Positions 60,048-64,000 of a stretch of 64,000 nt of DNA are shown in pieces; the stretch's first letter is position 1, and each line of letters begins with the position of its first letter. Source of the stretch: a bacterium. GTDB taxonomy: Bacteria > JAHJDO01. The DNA lies in assembly GCA_043824255.1 (NCBI GenBank), contig JBDRTG010000047.1:256001-320000 (forward strand), in the 5' to 3' direction. The notes under the pieces are model-generated. The model was given only the letters and a program-made list of their open reading frames with translations, searched no databases and was not told the DNA's origin. The position numbers and the translations under genes are program-made.

Positions 60048-61172
60048 ATGGCACATCTTTATCCAGAGCAGCGCATAGGTAGTTACGGTTTGGTAATTGG
60101 TTTTAGTCATAAATTTCTAAATATGAAATTTGGCGTGGATCTTGGCCTAAAATATCACAAAGATATTGCATATCGAGTTCAGACAAACATGGAACTGGAC
60201 CGGCAGGTATATAAAGAATATGGGAGTATCGGGCTCGGATTTGAGAATCCTTTCCCACGAGTTACTGTTGAACCATACGGTCATAATTTTTTTAATGCAA
60301 TGTATGGCGCTGAATGCATCTATAAGCCTGATGATGAAGTATGGGCAAATGACCTCAATTACTCAGAGGATGAGGTCTACACTCTTAAGCCATGGAATAT
60401 CGACAAATTTGAAAAGATGCTCCCTGTACGTGAAGTACTCGCTCAGACCAAGTACCTTCAGGAACATTATGACCTGCAAAAAATACGCAAAACTGAGAAA
60501 TTTCTGCCTCATTTCCGAATCATGAGTAGTATACCTAATCCTGGCTCTGTTATTACAGCAGGAATGGCTGTGCGAGGCAATGAACTCCTCATGGACTATA
60601 TGCTTAACCCGCAATTGGTGTATAAATTGTTTGATAACATTTTACAACTTACGTTTTTATGCTATGAATTCTTTCATGATTTTGACAACATTCCTCTAAA
60701 TAACCTGCTCATAGGCAATTGCCCTGTTTCCATGCTTTCACCTGATAACTATATGGATTTTAATTATAAATATGACCTCCAGATCGCTAACTACGCAAGA
60801 GAAATAAAAGCTGCGCTTACACTTCATCAAGACTCTGATGTCAGTCCGCACCTTGAGAATTATGCAAAACTTGGGCATGTTCAGGTTTTGGATTTTGGGC
60901 AGGATACAGATTGGAAGAAGGCCGCACAGCTTTTCCCGGGAGTAGATGCCACTTGTCTTTTGTTCCCGAGTTGGATATATGAACACTCTTTGGAGGATAT
61001 TGAGGAAGAACTTATGAGAATCATGCGTATAGGACGTTCATTCAACTCTTTCTCATTTGCAATTCTTGATGTAGATCATTTTATTGGAGAGAAAAGAATA
61101 TTTGAATTTTACGAGATATTTGTTCGTTGCAGTGAAAAACACAAGATAGTCCAATGGAATCAAAGAAAATGA
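60048..61172 (+). CDS. Divergent uroporphyrinogen decarboxylase-family protein
   Basis: AVRGNELLMDYMLNP, NCPVSMLSP, LHQD, DFGQDTD. Confidence 0.55.
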   Translation: MAHLYPEQRIGSYGLVIGFSHKFLNMKFGVDLGLKYHKDIAYRVQTNMELDRQVYKEYGSIGLGFENPFPRVTVEPYGHNFFNAMYGAECIYKPDDEVWANDLNYSEDEVYTLKPWNIDKFEKMLPVREVLAQTKYLQEHYDLQKIRKTEKFLPHFRIMSSIPNPGSVITAGMAVRGNELLMDYMLNPQLVYKLFDNILQLTFLCYEFFHDFDNIPLNNLLIGNCPVSMLSPDNYMDFNYKYDLQIANYAREIKAALTLHQDSDVSPHLENYAKLGHVQVLDFGQDTDWKKAAQLFPGVDATCLLFPSWIYEHSLEDIEEELMRIMRIGRSFNSFSFAILDVDHFIGEKRIFEFYEIFVRCSEKHKIVQWNQRK

Positions 61173-63103
61173 ATGTTGGTTTTATTGTCAGGGATTTTAT
61201 CAATAAACATTTGCTGCCAGAGCTCCAGATTAAGAAGAGCCCAGAGCCTGTATCCATGATCATAGCGCCCACTGGTGTGTTCATTAATGATTAATTTTAG
61301 ATATTTTGTCTGAAAATATCCTCTCTCCAGGCAATGTCTTGAAAGAAGCACGTCTTGAAGATACTCCTTAAGCTCATTTCTGAACCAATGACTGATAGGC
61401 ACTCCAAACCCCATTTTATTGCGTCTGAGTATGGGTGTGGGAACAAGTTCTGAAAACGCCTTTTTTAGAATATACTTGCTAGTAAGCCCTTTTAACTTAA
61501 GATTAGATGGAATACAAGCGGCAAACTCCATGAATTTATGGTCAAGAAAAGGAGAACGCGCCTCCAGGGAATTTGCCATTGCAGCTATATCCATTTTTAC
61601 AAGCAAGTCCCCGGGAAGGTATGTCATAATATCAACAAAAAGTGTGCTGCCCAGAAAATCATCGTCTTTACTATTGTCGTAATAATTTCCCGCATAACTA
61701 AATGCGTCAATCCCTTGAACCGCTTCCCTAAAGAATGAAGTGTAAAGATCCTCTTTTCTTTCATTATCAAAGATAGATATCCAGCGGATATATCTGCGTT
61801 CCTGCGAATAATCCATAGATTCGGCAAATCTTCTGAAACGACGAAGCACTGTTTTTTGTTCCGGAGAATAGGGAATCTTTCTTACAATACTATTAATCAT
61901 ATTACGTATACACTGAGGAGATTTCTCATAATACTCAGCTAATTTTACAGCCTTATAACGTGGATACCCTGCAAAACTCTCATCCCCACCATCTCCATTC
62001 AAAGCAACTGTTACATCCTGGCTGGTCATCTTTGCAACATAGTAAGTAGGGACTGCAGACGAATCTGCAAAAGGCTCATTATAATGCCATATGAGCTTAG
62101 GCAGAATATCAAGAGCATTCGGCTTTACAATATATTCATGATGATCGGTTTTAAAATGATTCGCAACGATTCGTGCATAGTTAAGTTCATTATATTTCTC
62201 TTCCTGAAATCCTATTGAAAAAGTTTTGACCGGTTCTCTCATCAGCTTACTCATAACACCAACTACAATACTTGAGTCAAGACCTCCACTCAAGAAAGCG
62301 CCTAAAGGCACATCACTAACAAGTCTAAGCTTTACTGACTCTTCAAACAAGTTTCTAATACGTAAGCAATATTCATCCTCTGACATTTTAAGCTTATTTT
62401 TTATGTTTAAGTTCCAGTATTGTTCAACTGAAACTTTTCCATTTTCCCACAACAGGTAATGAGCAGGAGGCAACTTGAAGATGCCTTTAAAAGCGGTTAG
62501 GGGACATGGAACGTATTGATAAGTAAGATAATTGTGAATGGCTTCTATGTTTACTTGTCTGGGAACTTGTTTTACTTGTAAAATTGATTTTATCTCAGAA
62601 GCAAAAACTAGTTTATTGTCATACTCCGCATAACACAAAGGCTTCTGCCCTATTCTATCTCTTGCTAAAAGAAGACTCTTCTTTCCCTCATTCCATATAG
62701 CAAGAGCAAACATACCCCGCAGGAACCGTAAACACTCAACACCATATTCCTCATATAAATGAACAATAACCTCAACGTCGCTGTGTGTATAAAAACAATG
62801 TCCTTTAGCTTCTAAATCTTTTCTTAGTTCATGGAAATTATAAATCTCTCCATTACACACAATCCATATTGTTCTCTCTTCATTATGAATTGGCTGATGC
62901 CCTGTATCCAGATCAATAATGGCAAGCCGCCTTATACCAAGCCCTATATTCTTTCTGCCATCTTTTCCCCAGCCAAGGTATATTCCCTCATCATCAGGCC
63001 CTCTATGCTTTAACACAGAGCACATATTTCGTATTGTTTCTTCCTTAATATTGCCTTCAGACCTTTCAGGTCTTACACTTAAAATTCCGCAAATTCCACA
63101 CAT
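61160..63103 (-). CDS. asnB: Asparagine synthase (glutamine-hydrolysing)-like amidotransferase
   Basis: MCGICG, HRGPD, NGEIYN, RDRIG, LSGGLDSS, GDGGDE, SLEARSPFLD. Confidence 0.93.
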   Translation of the reverse strand: MCGICGILSVRPERSEGNIKEETIRNMCSVLKHRGPDDEGIYLGWGKDGRKNIGLGIRRLAIIDLDTGHQPIHNEERTIWIVCNGEIYNFHELRKDLEAKGHCFYTHSDVEVIVHLYEEYGVECLRFLRGMFALAIWNEGKKSLLLARDRIGQKPLCYAEYDNKLVFASEIKSILQVKQVPRQVNIEAIHNYLTYQYVPCPLTAFKGIFKLPPAHYLLWENGKVSVEQYWNLNIKNKLKMSEDEYCLRIRNLFEESVKLRLVSDVPLGAFLSGGLDSSIVVGVMSKLMREPVKTFSIGFQEEKYNELNYARIVANHFKTDHHEYIVKPNALDILPKLIWHYNEPFADSSAVPTYYVAKMTSQDVTVALNGDGGDESFAGYPRYKAVKLAEYYEKSPQCIRNMINSIVRKIPYSPEQKTVLRRFRRFAESMDYSQERRYIRWISIFDNERKEDLYTSFFREAVQGIDAFSYAGNYYDNSKDDDFLGSTLFVDIMTYLPGDLLVKMDIAAMANSLEARSPFLDHKFMEFAACIPSNLKLKGLTSKYILKKAFSELVPTPILRRNKMGFGVPISHWFRNELKEYLQDVLLSRHCLERGYFQTKYLKLIINEHTSGRYDHGYRLWALLNLELWQQMFIDKIPDNKTNIHFL

Positions 63104-63116
63104 AATTTGTATTTTT

Positions 63117-64000
63117 TTATGTTTTTTTAAACACGAATTGATTACATCCTATTGACTTTGTTCTAATTCCATTAATCAGAATAAAATCTCTCTTTTTCAA
63201 AAAAGAAACAATCTCATCAAAGTCCGCATATTCGTAAGGAAATCCACCAGCCCAATCAACTGCATCATAATAGATTGACATACCACGCTTTTCCCGAAAA
63301 GGATGTTTTAACTTCATCAACCTTGTTAAAACTCGTGGAAGAAAAACAGAGAACACCATTATCTTTTGGATAATCTTTCCTCTTCTATTATAAAATTTCT
63401 TGAATCTAAGCCAAAAACCAGATGCCCAATGACGATTATAAATTGCTAAAGCAAATAAGCCTTCTTTCTTCACCAACTTAGTGCTGTTGTCTATAGCTTT
63501 CCACATATCACCCGTATGATGAAGCACTCCCCACGCATAAACAATATCTGCCTTCCCAAGATTATTGAGAAAATCTTTGTCTAATATTGACCCCTTCAAT
63601 ACGGACCAGTGTTTTGCATTATTTATACGTTTAATTATGTTGCAGGCTTCTACACTCTTTTGATCATTATCTAAACTTATTACTTCCTGTGCATTCATAT
63701 CTATAGCAGCCAAAGAAAAAATTCCGCTTCCGCATCCAATATCTATGAAGGATTTTCCTTTTAAACTTTTTACTCCCAACAACTCCCGCAAAGAAAGTTT
63801 GACTTCTCTTAGGTTCTCTTTATTAAAGGTCTTAATATATTCCAACCAGTTTCCTCCAAACGAAAAAGGTGCAAATTTTTTCTGAAGGAGATGTTCGTAA
63901 ATTTGCTCTGTTTTTTCTACTGTTAAATTAATATCAAAATATTTCTCTACACGTCTTCTTCCAGCAAGTCCCATTCTTCTTGCTTCTTCCTTATTTCTCA
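63117..64000 (-). CDS. Partial fusion: GT4 C-terminal helix plus class I SAM methyltransferase (5' end beyond window)
   Basis: Frame open to the edge (RNKEEARRMGLAGRRRVEKYFD); then FSFGGNW, DIGCGSG, WGVLHHTG, DWAGGFPYE. Confidence 0.8.
   Translation of the reverse strand, partial: RNKEEARRMGLAGRRRVEKYFDINLTVEKTEQIYEHLLQKKFAPFSFGGNWLEYIKTFNKENLREVKLSLRELLGVKSLKGKSFIDIGCGSGIFSLAAIDMNAQEVISLDNDQKSVEACNIIKRINNAKHWSVLKGSILDKDFLNNLGKADIVYAWGVLHHTGDMWKAIDNSTKLVKKEGLFALAIYNRHWASGFWLRFKKFYNRRGKIIQKIMVFSVFLPRVLTRLMKLKHPFREKRGMSIYYDAVDWAGGFPYEYADFDEIVSFLKKRDFILINGIRTKSIGCNQFVFKKT

Noticed and set aside
56264..61172. tRNA-anchored genomic island carrying the sugar cluster
   Set aside because: No integrase or duplicated tRNA 3' end seen, and the cluster is on the 5' side of the tRNAs.

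Overview
AT-rich bacterial window; lineage cannot be fixed from sequence alone, but ferredoxin, a V/A-ATPase and many radical SAM genes suggest an anaerobe. (1) 1-30.5 kb: one minus-strand surface-glycan locus. It has NDP-sugar dehydratase/epimerase genes, a flippase, GT2/GT4/GT9 glycosyltransferases and a SAM methyltransferase. It also has 7 B12-binding radical SAM genes, 2 SPASM/twitch-type radical SAM genes, two tandem TIGR04076-like Cys proteins, an SDR, a membrane-anchored alkaline-phosphatase-superfamily enzyme and a divergent PurH paralogue. Gene scars, an inserted AAA ATPase and a coding heptamer repeat interrupt it. (2) 30.6-40.7 kb: PHP hydrolase, aroE-aminotransferase-oxidoreductase-aroK, ferredoxin, FAA hydrolase, a URO-D-family gene with integron-cassette-like ends, LOG-uvrC (uvrC lacks a canonical start) and a secreted orphan. 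(3) 40.8-48.7 kb: V/A-ATPase operon lacking subunit D. (4) 48.7-56.4 kb: tRNA-Val, tRNA-Asp, ilvD-ilvB-ilvN-ilvC-leuA and an M24 peptidase. (5) 56.6-61.2 kb: sugar catabolic cluster. (6) 61.2-64 kb: asnB and a GT4-methyltransferase fusion ending a second glycan locus. All calls come from motif recognition; no searches were run.
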